Origin: the human T2T-CHM13v2.0 reference genome, Homo sapiens | Strand: one strand, 5' to 3' | Assembly (NCBI RefSeq): GCF_009914755.1 | Contig: NC_060931.1 | DNA: 64,000 nucleotides | Part shown: positions 46,101-58,678 of the stretch, in pieces | Numbering within the stretch: the stretch's first letter is position 1 | Layout of the letters: each line of letters begins with the position of its first letter | Notes under the pieces: model-generated | The model's database searches: none | What the model saw: only the letters and a program-made list of their open reading frames with translations | What the model was told of the DNA's origin: nothing | Position numbers and translations under genes: made by a program

Positions 46101-47149
46101 GCAAGGAGAACATGGTCAAGACATTAGAATATTACATAAAGTTTAAATTTCAATTTTTTTATAAATGAAAAACTAAATACTAAAAATTAAATAAAAATCA
46201 GTTGATCAAACAGTGCAGTTTTGGAGACCATAGATCTTTAATAAATCAGCTATTATAAATTATTTTCATGTGAGATAATCATACATAATATATAATTATA
46301 GCTCAGCAAAAATTTAGATATAGATATATCAGTTGGTCTTCTCCCAACCATTTGCTCTATTTTTTGTGTATTCAAGTATTTTTGGTGGGGCCAACGGTTA
46401 GAGAATAATCAAAGCACAACCTTGCTACACATGCTAGTAACCCAATCAGTAAAACACACACCAGAAGCATGAACTCTACAACTTTCCAGTCTATAATTCT
46501 TCCAAGGTAGCTATATTACCAGGTAGAATAAGGGAGATAATGTGGATTTAAAGACAACTAATTTATGGCTAGCTTTTGACCACAGAGTGAGAAAGTTCTG
46601 TGAAACCCACACAGCACCTGCAATCCACTGTCTTATCTCCCATATTTGTCCACTGTACCAACTTCTCCTACACTCTTGATCTGACCTTCCTCAAGGAGAT
46701 GATGACTCTATCGGATGTTGTCCACTACTACTTACCATTCACTTTATGTTATGATTACACATTATATGGTCAATGATAAGAGAAGTAGGACATGTATCCA
46801 CGGCAGCTTGAACTGTTGTCAGAATTTCATCCTTGAGGGCACTTAACTCCATTTGGTTGAGTGTCACCTGTGATCTTGGCTATATTTCCACTTGCAACTG
46901 CAAAATGCTAATACAATGCAGCACCCCCCCTTTTCACCTTGTTTCTTGCAGATAACATGGCACGTCCTCCTGAGCCATTTGAGCTGTATTTCTACCTGCA
47001 GAATAGGCACAATATGTCCAATCACATGTAGCTATTATTTAAATTTTTCTTGATACTTCTGTCTGAAGTGAACTAAGTTTTTCTTCTAATCAGTACTTCT
47101 GTATATGGAAGTACAAATAGAGATAGTTTACTCATACTATGTCATTTAT

Positions 47150-50100
47150 TTCACATAAAATAAATTTTTATAGGAATGACTGTTATATATAAAGGTTATT
47201 ATTTTATAATCTTTATAATATTCCATTATTTTAGTCAAAAATTTAGATATGGCTATATCTGTTACTCTCCTCCCAACAATTTACTTTTATTTTACATTAT
47301 TTTAGAACAGCCTAATAAAATGATTGATCAACAAATATGTAGTATATTTTCATTTCTTTCATATTATTAAAGTGGTACAATGCACATCTTTATGTATACC
47401 AAATTTGATTGCCTTCTAGATCATTTTATTTAAAAAATAATTACAGAAATGGGATTAATTGACTAGAGTATATGAACATTTTTAATGATCTAGATAAATA
47501 TTGCTAAATTACTTTCTTCAAAGCTTGTAGCAAATTAAGCTCCCATGAGCATTATACACCTGGGACTTTCCAGACATTTTAGCATTTACAAATAAAGCAA
47601 ACAACAAATTAATGAGTGTCACTGATAACAATATATTTTTATTTTTGTATTATTGGATTTATACAGAGAAAAAACATGAGTTTATATGCATTTGATTTTT
47701 TTTGTAACATATCCATTAATGTCATTTATTGCCCTTTCTATCAGTGTATCCAAATTCTTTGAATTGTAAAAACTCATTATATATTAATAATATTTCTGCC
47801 AAACTGCCTTTGCAAATTTGTCCTGTTGTTTCTGTTTATGATTCATATTAAAAATCTTATTTTGAATATTTAAAAATTGCAGAAAAGCTGCTAGAATAGT
47901 AGAAACTCTTTACCCAGATTCAACAAATTTTCCTATTTTGCCAAAATTGCTTTTCCATCCTCTCTAAACAGATATAGATGATGGATAAGCAGATAGGAAA
48001 TATATATACCATATTACATAGTAAAATATACATATAGAGTTCCTTTTACTTTTAATGAGCTTGTATATATCATGCACTTTGTCCCTTAATATGTCCCTGT
48101 GTGCTTTCCAAATACCACAGAACAGTTATCAAATTCAGGCAACTTAACATGACATAATCCTTTCACCTAATCTACAGTCCATATTGCAGTTTCCTGAAAT
48201 TGTTCTAGTAATATCTTTTACATGTTTTATTTTTTTTTTCATCCAATAGAGGATGCAGATCAGGATTATGTAATGCATTTAGTTTTTCTACTTTTTGGGG
48301 ACACTTTAAACTCATACAGTTTTTTTAACCTTTCTTTGTTTTTCATAATATTGATACTTTAAAAGAGTATAGGCCATTTATTTTGTATCGTGTCTTTCAA
48401 TTTGGGTTTGCCTGAGGTTTTTGTTTTGGTTAGATGCAGGTCATGGGGCCCATTGGTATACTAAAAAAGTGATAGTATGTTTTCAGAATGTCCAGAGGTG
48501 GGTGATATTATTTGGCCATTTTCTGGTGATGTTACATTTGATGATCTGGTCAAGGTTTTGTATTGTATTCTTGTTGTGGGCTTTTATTTACCACTTTATC
48601 TATTAAAAATAGCATGTAATCTGTATTGACACACTTTCAGACTATCCAAATTTCTAAGTTTCAGTCAAATCAAACAACACCCTTGCCTCCAATTTAGCAT
48701 CTACTGATGATTCTTGAATGAGTTCATCTTTAGTATAATGGGTGCAAAATGGGAATTTTCCAACTCCAGCATACATTTGATCAGCAAATGGTTGAAATTC
48801 TATCATACAAAAGACTCCTCTCTTCTCCAACATTTATTTATTGGTGTGCTTCTTTATTTATTATTTTTTGATACTCTTACCTATTCACTATAAACTCATT
48901 AATTCCCATTTTAATCAATGATTTACAACACATTAGTTAGTTTTTGTAGGTAAGCAATGCATTACGTTTCATGTATTTCTCTGCAAAAATAATCAGGTTA
49001 GTGTATGTTTATTTAACCCTTTTCTTTTTTAGATAATACATAATATGTCACATACTACATATTATTTTACAATTTACATATGTCCTGCCAATCTTCCCAT
49101 ATGCATCCTATATATCTTCATTGTCTTTATGGAGTCACAGTACTTCATTGTATGCATATATCACAGTCTCCTACGTTTGAGCCTTGAGGCAGTTATCAAT
49201 ATTTTGAAATTACAAATAAACTTATGCATATGCATTTTCATATTTTTGAAGGTATATATTCAGGGTAAATTCCTCCAAGTAGAATTGGTGGGTCACAGGT
49301 AAATGCATGTGGAACTATGTTTATGTTGCTAAATTTAGTTCCCTAGGGATTTTATCAACTTACATCCTTAGCAATAATATATGAGTTCAAAACAGGGTTT
49401 CCCAAAGCCTTGCCACCAAAGTGTATGGTTAAACTTTTAAATTTTCACTACTTCCTCTTCAAATATTTTCTATTTTCTTATTTTTCTATGATTACTTTTC
49501 CATATAACTTTAGAATGAAATCATCTACCTCCAGAAAAGCTTGTTGGCTTGGTTACTGAAATTACAATCATTTTTCAAATTAATTTACCAATAATTGATC
49601 AATAATTGATATGATGATGATATTGAGGCAACCTATCAAAGAACAAGAGATGACTTTCCATTTGCTCACATCCACTTTTGTATATTTTCAGAAATACATT
49701 TTAAGTTTTTTAAAATCAAGTTTATTAAAATTTTCTTTTTCTAAAACTTTCTTGTTAAATTTAGTGCTAATTTGTTACTTGGATATAGGAAAGGAATTGA
49801 TAATTTCTTATTAATTTTTTCCCTCCCATCTTGCTGAATAATTATATTTTTGAGTTATTTCTATTATTGATTAGTTGGGGGTTTCCCAGATACATTGTCA
49901 CATAATCTGCCAAGGAGATGCATTTCATTGTTTTTCAATTCTTATGCCTCTAATTGTTTTCTCAGTACAGGACTAAATTGGTAATGGGGATAGTGAGCAT
50001 ACTTACCTTGTGCCTGACTTAATGGAAATGGCTTTGGTGATTTCCCATTAAGTAGGATGCTGGCTTTAGTACAGACACACACTCAGTTGTGCTGACATGC

Positions 50101-51230
50101 ACAGTATGGCATATATGTTATTTTATTTTTTATATATATAATGCCCACATACTTCTCCATATGTTAAGGAAATGCCTCCATTGCTATATTCTTGAATGTT
50201 TTCTTATGAAAGTTTGTTGAATTTTGTTAAAGACTTTTTCAGCATTTATGGGATAAGCATAACCTCTCCTTAGGTCTAATGATATGGTGAACTACACAAA
50301 GAGAGTTTCTCATATTGAAACTTTTGGACGTTACTGTTATATTCCATGATTGGTCATGATGTACTGTTCTCATAATATTCAATTGAAATCTATTCACATT
50401 GCATTTTATTTAGAATTACAATTTTTGCAACAATATTTATGACAGTTATTCAGCTGAAATTTCCTTTTGAGGGTGCTGACTTTATCAGATATAGGTATTA
50501 ACATTATATTTAATTTTTCAAATGAACTTGACAGTTTATTCATTTTCTATCACCTGAAACAGTTTATATGGCATTGAAACTATTTGCTCCACTTTTGGTA
50601 GAATACTTACTACTCTGACACCAACTGAGGCTACTTTGTTATTTTCTCTTTTTTAAATAAAAATTGATGTATTTAAGCTCTCTATCACTATAGGGATCAA
50701 TTTTGATAAGCGACATATTTTTTAAGATATCGCTCATCTCCAGGTACAATTTCAAATTAATTTGTACAGAGGTGTGGTGCAATGGTTTAAAGGTTTTTTA
50801 ATTTAAATTTTCTATATTGATAGTTATACCCTCCTTTGCATTTACTAATTTTTATACTTGTGTTTTATCCTCTCTTCTTGATTAAACTAAATAACGATTT
50901 ATTCATTTTGTAATTGTTTTTAATGAAGATTTGATTTATAATCTTAATATACTCTGTCATTATCTACATAATTAGTTTCTGTTTTTACCTTTACTATTTT
51001 CTTTCTTGTGTTCTATTTTGGTTTATTTATATTTGTTCATTTTCTAGCTCCTTAAAAATTTAAATTCATTTATTTATATTAGTGTATGTTTATTATCATG
51101 CATTTTTAAGGCTATGACTTTTTCTCTGGTTACTACTTTAAAGCCATCTAACCTGATGTATAGTGTTTTTATCCCTATAATGTTAGAAATACATCCCGGT
51201 ATGTTAGAAATTCTGTTATTTCTGTTTATA
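47150..51230 (-). mobile_element. Patchwork of old L1M fragments (L1ME/L1MC4-like)
   Basis: T-rich antisense L1 motifs (cagggtaaattcctccaagtagaattggtgggtca; atagtgagcatacttaccttgtgcctgact; ctttacccagattcaacaa); internal boundaries not resolved. Confidence 0.65.
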
Positions 51231-51239
51231 TTTACCCTC

Positions 51240-51669
51240 TATATTAGCATGTTCTTGCATTGCTATAAAGAAATACTTGAGATTGGATAATTTATAAAGA
51301 AAAGAGGTTTGACTGGCTCATGGTTCTGCAGGCTGTACAGGAAGCATGGTGACATCTGCTTGGCTTCTGGAGAGGCCTCAGAAAACTTACAATCATCGCG
51401 GCTGAAAGTAAAGGGAGAGGAGACATGTCACATGACCAGTGCAGAAGCAAAAGACAGAGTGTGAGAGGAGGTGCCACATGCTTTTAAACAGCCATCTCTC
51501 ACGACAACTCACTTATTATCACAAGAACAGCATCAAGGATATGGTGCTAAGCTATTCACGAGAAATCCACTCCCACCATTCAGTCACCTCCCATTCAGCC
51601 CCATCTCCAGCATTGGGGATTACAATTCAACATGAGATTTGGGTGGAGGCACAGATCCAAACTACATCA
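51240..51669 (-). mobile_element. MSTA-like MaLR solo LTR
   Basis: tattag...ttgctataaagaaatac; ggttctgcaggctgtacaggaagcatgg; catgagatttgggtgg; TSD ccctc/tcctc. Confidence 0.92.
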
Positions 51670-51879
51670 TCCTCTCATCCAAGAGTTTCTTAACAACAAT
51701 TTAAAATTGATTCCTAGGTGAAATTAGTTTTTAATATCTAAGTTCATTGAATTTTAATCAAAGAATATTGCCTATAAGATTTTAACTTTCTGCAACTTAC
51801 TTGTTGATGTTTCTTAGTGATCTAGCGTATGATCTGTTTTGTGTGCACCTGAAAAAAAAGGAATTTGTTTTTTCATTCT

Positions 51880-52312
51880 GTTAACTGATTTCAAAATGTT
51901 TATTGGGTCTCAATTTTCTGCCAATGCCTAGTTTAGACTGTAAGGATACAGAAGAAAACAAAATAAGTGAAATTTATTTTCTTATGGCACATATTTTATC
52001 AGGAAAATATAAATCATGCACAACAGAAGAGGATTTTAGTAACACAGTAGAGGTTAAGGCGATGGGGAGAGGTGTATACATAAAGTAGTCAGTGAGACGC
52101 TTTATGTTTATTTAATATTTGAACAGAGACTTGATGAAGTGAGAGAGCAAACCATGGGGATGTTTGTGAAGAGAGTCCAAGGCATTGGCAAGAGAGTGTG
52201 CAAAGTTCTTGAGTGAGGAGTGTTCCCATTTGAGAAACAAGAGAGAGGCTACTGTAGCCAATGGGCTACAGTGAGACAGTGGTAGGAGAAGAGATTGCAG
52301 AGGTAGCCAAGA
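51880..52312 (-). mobile_element. L2 3' end (continues at ~61445-61590)
   Basis: aaaatgtttattgggtctc; atttgaacagagacttga; gtgtgcaaagttcttgag; continuation gatttgagcaaaggagtcatagcatcagacttt. Confidence 0.75.
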
Positions 52313-52327
52313 AACTGTATAAATTCG

Positions 52328-52993
52328 TGTGTCCAGAAGTGGTTCTTTCCAGTGGATTCTTGGTCTCACTGACTTCAAGAATAAGCTGCGGACCCTTGTG
52401 GTGGGTGTTAAAGTTCTTAAAGACAGTGTGTGTCCAGAGTTTGTTCCTTCAGATGTTCAGATGTGTCCAGAGTTTCTTCCTTCTGGTGGGTTCGTGGTCT
52501 CGCTGACTTCAGCAGTGAAGCCGCAGACCTTCACAGTGAGTGTTACAGCTCATAAAAATATTGTGGACCCAAACAGTGAGCAGCAGCAAGATTTATTGTG
52601 AAGAGCGAAAGAACAAATCTTCCACAGCATGGAAGGGGACCCGGCTGGCTCTGGTGGCCTGCTTTTATTCCCTTATCTGGCCCCACCCACATCCTGCTGA
52701 TTGGTCCGTTTTACAGAGAGCTGATTGGTCTGTTTTACAGAGAGCTGATTGGTCTGTTTACAAACCTTTAGCTAGACACAGAGTGCTGATTGGTGGGTTT
52801 ACAATCCTTTAGCTAGACGGAAAAGTTCTCCAAGTCCCCACCTGATTAGCTAGACACAGAGCGCTGATTGGTGCATTTGCAAACCTTTAGCTAGACACAG
52901 AGTGCTGACTGGTGCATTTACAATCCTTTAGCTAGACAGAAAAGTTCTCCAAGTCTCCACCCAACCCAGAAGCCCAGTTGGCTTCACCTCTTA
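52328..52993 (-). mobile_element. LTR12 3' LTR
   Basis: ctgattgg repeats; intact polyA signal (tttatt 52592-52597); PPT (atcctccctctaaacagg on plus strand) adjacent at 52994. Confidence 0.95.
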
Positions 52994-53179
52994 ATCCTCC
53001 CTCTAAACAGGACACTCCAACTGCTGTTGGGAATTTGGCTGATGACCACTCTAGCTACTTCCTGCTGGATAGGGATGAAGAAGGGTCCCTGCAGTTGTAG
53101 TGTCCTCCAGAGGGGAACTCTTTAGGCCAGTGAAAGGGCCAATGGGTAGGTCCAGGTGTCCTCGGTAGAAGTTGTTAGT

Positions 53180-53972
53180 TTAACTCATTTGGGGTTCCAT
53201 TTGTAAGACCATCTGTAGCTTGATGGCCTCAATTCTAGAGGAAACAAATTTGACAAGAAGGTTAAAGATACAGAGCCCAAAGGCGAGTAACAGCAAGATG
53301 GCTGCCACGGGACCTAGAAAGGGGAGAAGCCATGTTGCCCAACTCCAGAGGTTGGTATAAGAGTTTGAAAGGCGTTGTCTGATTTCAGAAGCCTTTTCCT
53401 GTAAATGCCAGGCAGCATATCGTACTATCCCTGACTGGTTAGTGTAAAAACAACACTCTTCCTCTAAGAAGGTGCAGAGTCCTCCTTTCTTAGCAGTGAG
53501 GAGGTCTAGGCCTCGGCAGTTTTGGAGAGTAACTGCTGCCAAAGAGTTTATTTGGGATTGTAGAGTAAGGATAGATTTTGTTATTTCTTGCAAACTGTCT
53601 GAGAAATCCTTTGAGAGTGTGTGGTAGTAGGATAATGAAGTAGATAAACTGGCTATTCTGGTTCCTGTAGCAGTAGCCATTCCTAACCCTATAAGTAGGG
53701 GTATTAGTTGTATGGCTCTGTGCTGATGGACTTGAGCTTTGAAGGATACTGATAAGGTCTGATTTCCTGGGGCAATGTTAATGTTGGGACTTAGAAAGAC
53801 TAAGATGCAGGTGCCTGTCCAGGTAGTGGGGAGGCAGATATAGGTCGATGTTCCACATAAGAAGAATATACCTTGGCTGGGCAGACAGAACTAGTTGTGT
53901 ATGTTAAAAAGTTGTATGAATTTGTTGTTTTCATTTTCCCATACTCCTAGAGTACTTGCCAAGGTAGCTCCA
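53180..53972 (-). pseudogene. env: HERV9 env remnant (end of SU plus complete TM)
   Basis: Fusion peptide AIQLIPLLIGLG; ISD LQNCRGLDLLTAKKGGLC; CX6CC CTFLEEECC; TM anchor; stop at 53891-53893; 5' part deleted. Confidence 0.93.
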
Positions 53973-53974
53973 GT

Positions 53975-56860
53975 TTTTGTTGATATTTTGCGAAAGAAGT
54001 TATATCTTTGACCAAGTTGACCATTTCCTGATCAAGTAGGAGGTCATTTGTGAGAAAAGGTCATCCATACAGCATTTCATATGGACTGAGTCCCATTTTG
54101 TGAGGAGAATTTTGGATTCTCAACAAGGCCATGGGCAAAAGAGTAGGCCATGGGAGATGAGTTTCTTGTGTTAGTTTCCTTAAGTGCCTCTTGAGTGTTT
54201 CATTTGCCTTCTTGACCTTCCCTGAGGATTGTGGCCTCCAGGTGCAGTGAGGGTGATATTGTATCCCTAGCACCCTGGAAATTCCCTGAGTTATCGTGGC
54301 TTTAAAAGACAGACCATTGTCACTCTGTAAGTTTTGGGGAAGCCCAAATCTGGGAATTATTTCATGAATTAGGACTTTAATCACTTTCTGAGCCTTCTTT
54401 GTCTTGCAGGGGAAAGCTTCTATCCAATTTGTCAAGGTATCAACACAGACCAACAAGTATTGAAATCCCTTTGACTTAGGCATATGGGTGAAGTCTAATT
54501 GCCAGTTGTCTCCAGGATAGTGACCTATTCTTTGTTCCCCCAAAGGGGCCTTATGATGGACCAAGGGATTATTCCTTTGGCATGCCTCACAGGCTTTGAC
54601 TACCTGTCAGATGGTCCAGAGGAGATTTGGCCCTGTAAATAGGGATTTGGCCATTTGATGGGTGTTTTCAATATTTATATGAAAAGTTTGGTGGAGGATT
54701 TTAAGAATTTTCCACTGGCTGGCTTCAGGTATAAGTATCTTTCCTTCTTCTGTCATTAACCACCCCGAGGGGAGAAAGCTATGCCCCCGTGAAAGTTCCC
54801 ATTCTGTTTCAGTCGGGGAATACTGGGGCTTAATGTCTTGGAGGGGGTTGTTCCATACCAAGGATCCTTCCATAGATATTTCTAATGGGAGGTTCTGCCT
54901 GGCAGCAATTTTGGCCTCAGCATTTGCCCGACAGTTTCCTTCTGCCTTTTCTCCTTCACCTTTCTGATGGCTTTGGCAGTGTAAGACTGCCACCTCCTTG
55001 GGTTTTTGCACTGCATGCAATAACTCCATAATTTCCTTGTGGTATTTAAGGGGGGTTTCCCCAGAGGTTAGGAACTACCTGTCTTTCCATATTGCAGCAT
55101 GGGCATGTAGGATTAGATAAGCATACTTGCTATCTGTATACACATTTATTCTTTTTCCCTTTCCCAGTTCTAAGGCTCAGGTAAGTGACACTAGTTCTGC
55201 TAACTGGGCTCTGGTCCCTGGGGGAAGAGGCTTAATTTCAAGTACAGTTACATCACTAACTATGGCATAATGTGCCCTTCATACCCCATTCTCCACAAAT
55301 GAACTTCCATTGGTATATAGGTTAAGGTCAGGATTAGCTAATGGGACTTCTAAGAGATCATCTCGAGTGGCATAAGTCTGGACTATAATTTGTTGGCAGT
55401 CATGCTTGATTGGTTCCCCATCCTCTGGGAGAAAAGTGGCAGGGTTGAGGGCCATGCACATACGTATTTGAAGCACTGGTCCCTCAAGGAGTAGCACCTG
55501 GTTTCTAAGTAGGTGGTTGTCTGATAGGCATAAACTTCCTCTGGCACCTAGTATGCCATTTACATCATGAGTAGTCCAGACAGTGAGATATTTTCCTTGT
55601 ATTATTTTCATAGCCTCTGACACTAAGACGGCCACTGCCACAACTACCCATAAACAGTGAGGCCAGCCTTTTGCTACTACATCAATTTCCTTACTTAAGT
55701 ATGCCACTGGTTGTGGGGTTGTCCCATGAGTCTGAGTAAGGGCTCCAAGAGCTATCCCTGCTCTCTCTGTGATGTATAAAGAGAAGTTTTGTCCTGTGGG
55801 AAGGCTTAAAGCTGGAGCTTGTACTAGGGCCTTCTTTAAGGTTTTGAAGGCTGCTTCTGCCCCTGGTTCCCATTCTACTAGATGAGTATTTGCCCTCTAG
55901 GTCTCTTTGTTTAGAGTATAGAGGGGCCTGGCTATCTCGCTGTATCCAGGGATCCGTAGTCGGCAAAAGCCAGTGATTCCAAGGAACCCTCGCAACTGTT
56001 TTAATGTCTTAGGGTAAGGATAAGCCAGTATAGGCTGTATTCATTCCTTGCTGAGGGCCCTGGTTCCTCTGGCTAAGATTAGGCCTAGATATTTGACCTG
56101 CTGTAGGCAAAGCTGGGCCCTCGACCTAGACAGCTTGTACCCTTGATTAGCTAGAAATTTCAAGAGATCTAGAGTAGCCTGCTGGCACGATTCTTCTGAA
56201 CTGGTAGCCAAAAATAAATCATCCACATACGGAAGGACCAGAGGGCCTGGACTTGAGAAGTGGCCTAGATCTTGGGCCAGTGCCTGATCAAACAGGTGAG
56301 GGCTATCCCTAAACACTTGGGGCAAGACCGTCCATGTAAGTTGGCATATGTGGTCTGTGGGATCCTCAAAGGCAAAGAGAAACTGGGAGTCAGAGTGCAG
56401 GGGAATACAGAAGAAGGCATCTTTGAGGTCCAGAATAGTGAACCATTCTGCTTCCTCTGGTATTTGAGAGAGCAGTGTATAGGGGTTGGGTACAACTGGA
56501 TAGAGAGGAATTACTGCCTCATTGATGAGTCTAAGATCTTGCACTAGTCTCCACTGACCATTTGGTTTTTGTACTCCTAGAATTAGGATGTTGCCGGGAC
56601 TGCTGCATTTCCTTACTAAACCTTGAACTTTTAAATGTTTAACAATATCCTGTAATCCTTTATAAGCTTCAGGCCTTAAGTGATATTGCCTTTGATAAGG
56701 AAAAGTGGTGGGGTCTTTTAGCCTGATTTGGAGTGGGCGGGCATTTTTTGCCCTTCCAATTTGTCCTTCCAATGCCCAGACTTCAGGGTTGATTCCCTCC
56801 TCAAGTAGGGGACAACAAATGGGTAACTTGTTCCCCATATTCATGTAGATAATAGCTCCA
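53975..56860 (-). pseudogene. pol: HERV9 pol pseudogene (RT, RNase H, integrase)
   Basis: ORF 56041-56910 with WRLVQDLR, LDLKDAFF and YVDD; RNase H pieces 55279-55707 and 54607-55029; IN WQLDFTHMPK and LQSDNG in 54061-54564; several stops. Confidence 0.95.
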
Positions 56861-57165
56861 GCTTTGGCTAACATATCCCTCCCTAATAAGGGTGTGGGAC
56901 TTTCAGACATAACAAAAAAGACATGTGAGAAGAGAAAGGTCTCCCAATTACAACTGAGGAGGTGGGAGAAATACCTGGTTACAGGCTGTCCCAGGATTCC
57001 TCGGATGGTAACGGACCTTGAGGACAGTCATCCACGACAGGAGATTAGCACTGAGAAGGCCATGCCAGTGTCCAGGAGGAAGTCAATTTCCTGGCCCTTA
57101 ATGGTTAAACGTACTCAGGGCTCAGTGAGGGTGATGACACGAGCTGGCGCTTGCCCCAGGCACCC
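56861..57165 (-). pseudogene. pro: HERV9 protease
   Basis: Minus-strand IDFLLDTGMAFSVL at ~57045-57088 and PTPLLGRD. Confidence 0.9.
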
Positions 57166-58678
57166 TCAGTCCTGTTGTTGGATCATCTGGTTGGGGGCTT
57201 CTGACTCAGAGAACCTTTGTCCTCTGGGGCAGTGCACCATCCAATGATTGCCTCCGCATAGTGGACATGGACGAGGGGGTGGCTTGTTTCTCATTGGACA
57301 ATCTTTTTTAAAGTGTCCTTGCAAACCACACTGATAAGAAGCCCTACCAGGTGATTGGCCTACTCCATTTTCTGTCCTCTCTGAACCACCAAGGTTTGTT
57401 TGTCTGAGGGCCATGACTAAGGCTGTGGCCTTTCTCTAATATCACTTTTCCTTTTGGGCCTGTTCCTCTTGGCCCTATTATAGAACACCAAAGTTGCCAG
57501 GTTTAATAATGCCTCCAGATTTTGTTCAGGGCCCAGGGCTTGCTTTTGGAGCTTTCTCCTGATATCTGCGGCTGATTGGGTAATAAACTTATCTTTTAGA
57601 ATCAATTGACCCGCCAGTGATTTGGGTGACAGGGGAGTTTATTTTCTTAAGGCCTCCCATAGCCGCTCAAGGAAGGCAGGAGGATTTTCTTCCTTTCCCT
57701 GAGTTATGGTGGCCATCACTGAATAATTCATGGGCTTTTTCCTAATTCTCCTTAGTCCTTCCAGAACACAGGTCAACAGATATTCACGATTCCAGTCCCC
57801 ATGATCCGAGTCAAGGTCTCAGTGGGGATCCATACGGGGGATGGCTTGCTGACTGGTAGGGAATTTGTCCCTTTCTTCATCGTCATTCTATCATTTACTT
57901 GACTAAGATACCAAATATCTCCAAACTCTTGAGCTGCAGCTAAAGCCGCATTCTTTTCATTGGAGAGCATGACATCTCTCCAAGTGAGATTGAAGGTTTG
58001 ACCTAGACCCTGTAGGACATCTGTGTACCTGTCAGGATCATCTGAAAACTTCCCCAGGTCTATCTTGATCTGCTTTAAATCAGAGAGGGAGAAGGGGACA
58101 TGTACCCAGGTTGGGCCAAATTCCCCTCCCCTTACAGCTTGAAGGGGACATAACCGATACCCCAGGGGTTTTTGTGGTACTTTGGAGATTTCTTTGCTTA
58201 TTTCTTTCTGGGTGAGGGAGATTAGAGGAGGATTATCATTAATAGGAAGGGGAGCTATAGGGAGGCTAGGTTATGGGGGTAAGCTGAGAGGTCCTCCTGT
58301 GGGATGTAAATTGCAAGCTTTCCATAGTTGTGTAATCTCCTTCAATGAAAAGAAAGCTTGGACATAAGGTATTTCACTCCATTTGCCTTCCCTCTTACAG
58401 AAAAGGTCAAGCTGCAGGATAGTATTGTAATTTATGCAATTATACTTTTATATACATTTATATAATTTATACAATTATACTTTGTATAAATTGTATATAT
58501 ACAATTATACAATTTATAAAAAGGCCATTTTTCCCTGTCAGAGAGAGAATATTGGGGCCAGGCTGTAGTGCAGAAAAGAAATGAGCTGCCTCTTTTTCAG
58601 GGTTTGTGGGTCAAATTTGTCCCGATGGCTTAGGATGCATTTCAAGGGTAAGCCTGTTGATGCCTGAGTGTTTCCCAT
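57166..58678 (-). pseudogene. gag: HERV9 gag pseudogene
   Basis: Start MGNTQASTG (ATG at 58678-58676); PPPY-like region; FITQSAADIRRKLQK; two zinc knuckles (YQCGLQGHFKKDC, CPLCGGNHWMVHC); frameshifted. Confidence 0.92.

Noticed and set aside
46600-46900. Faint resemblance to an ancient retroelement RT (QHLQSTVLSP versus [10 protein letters not shown])
   Set aside because: No YxDD or continuous frame could be recovered; similarity is within chance by eye and would need an HMM search
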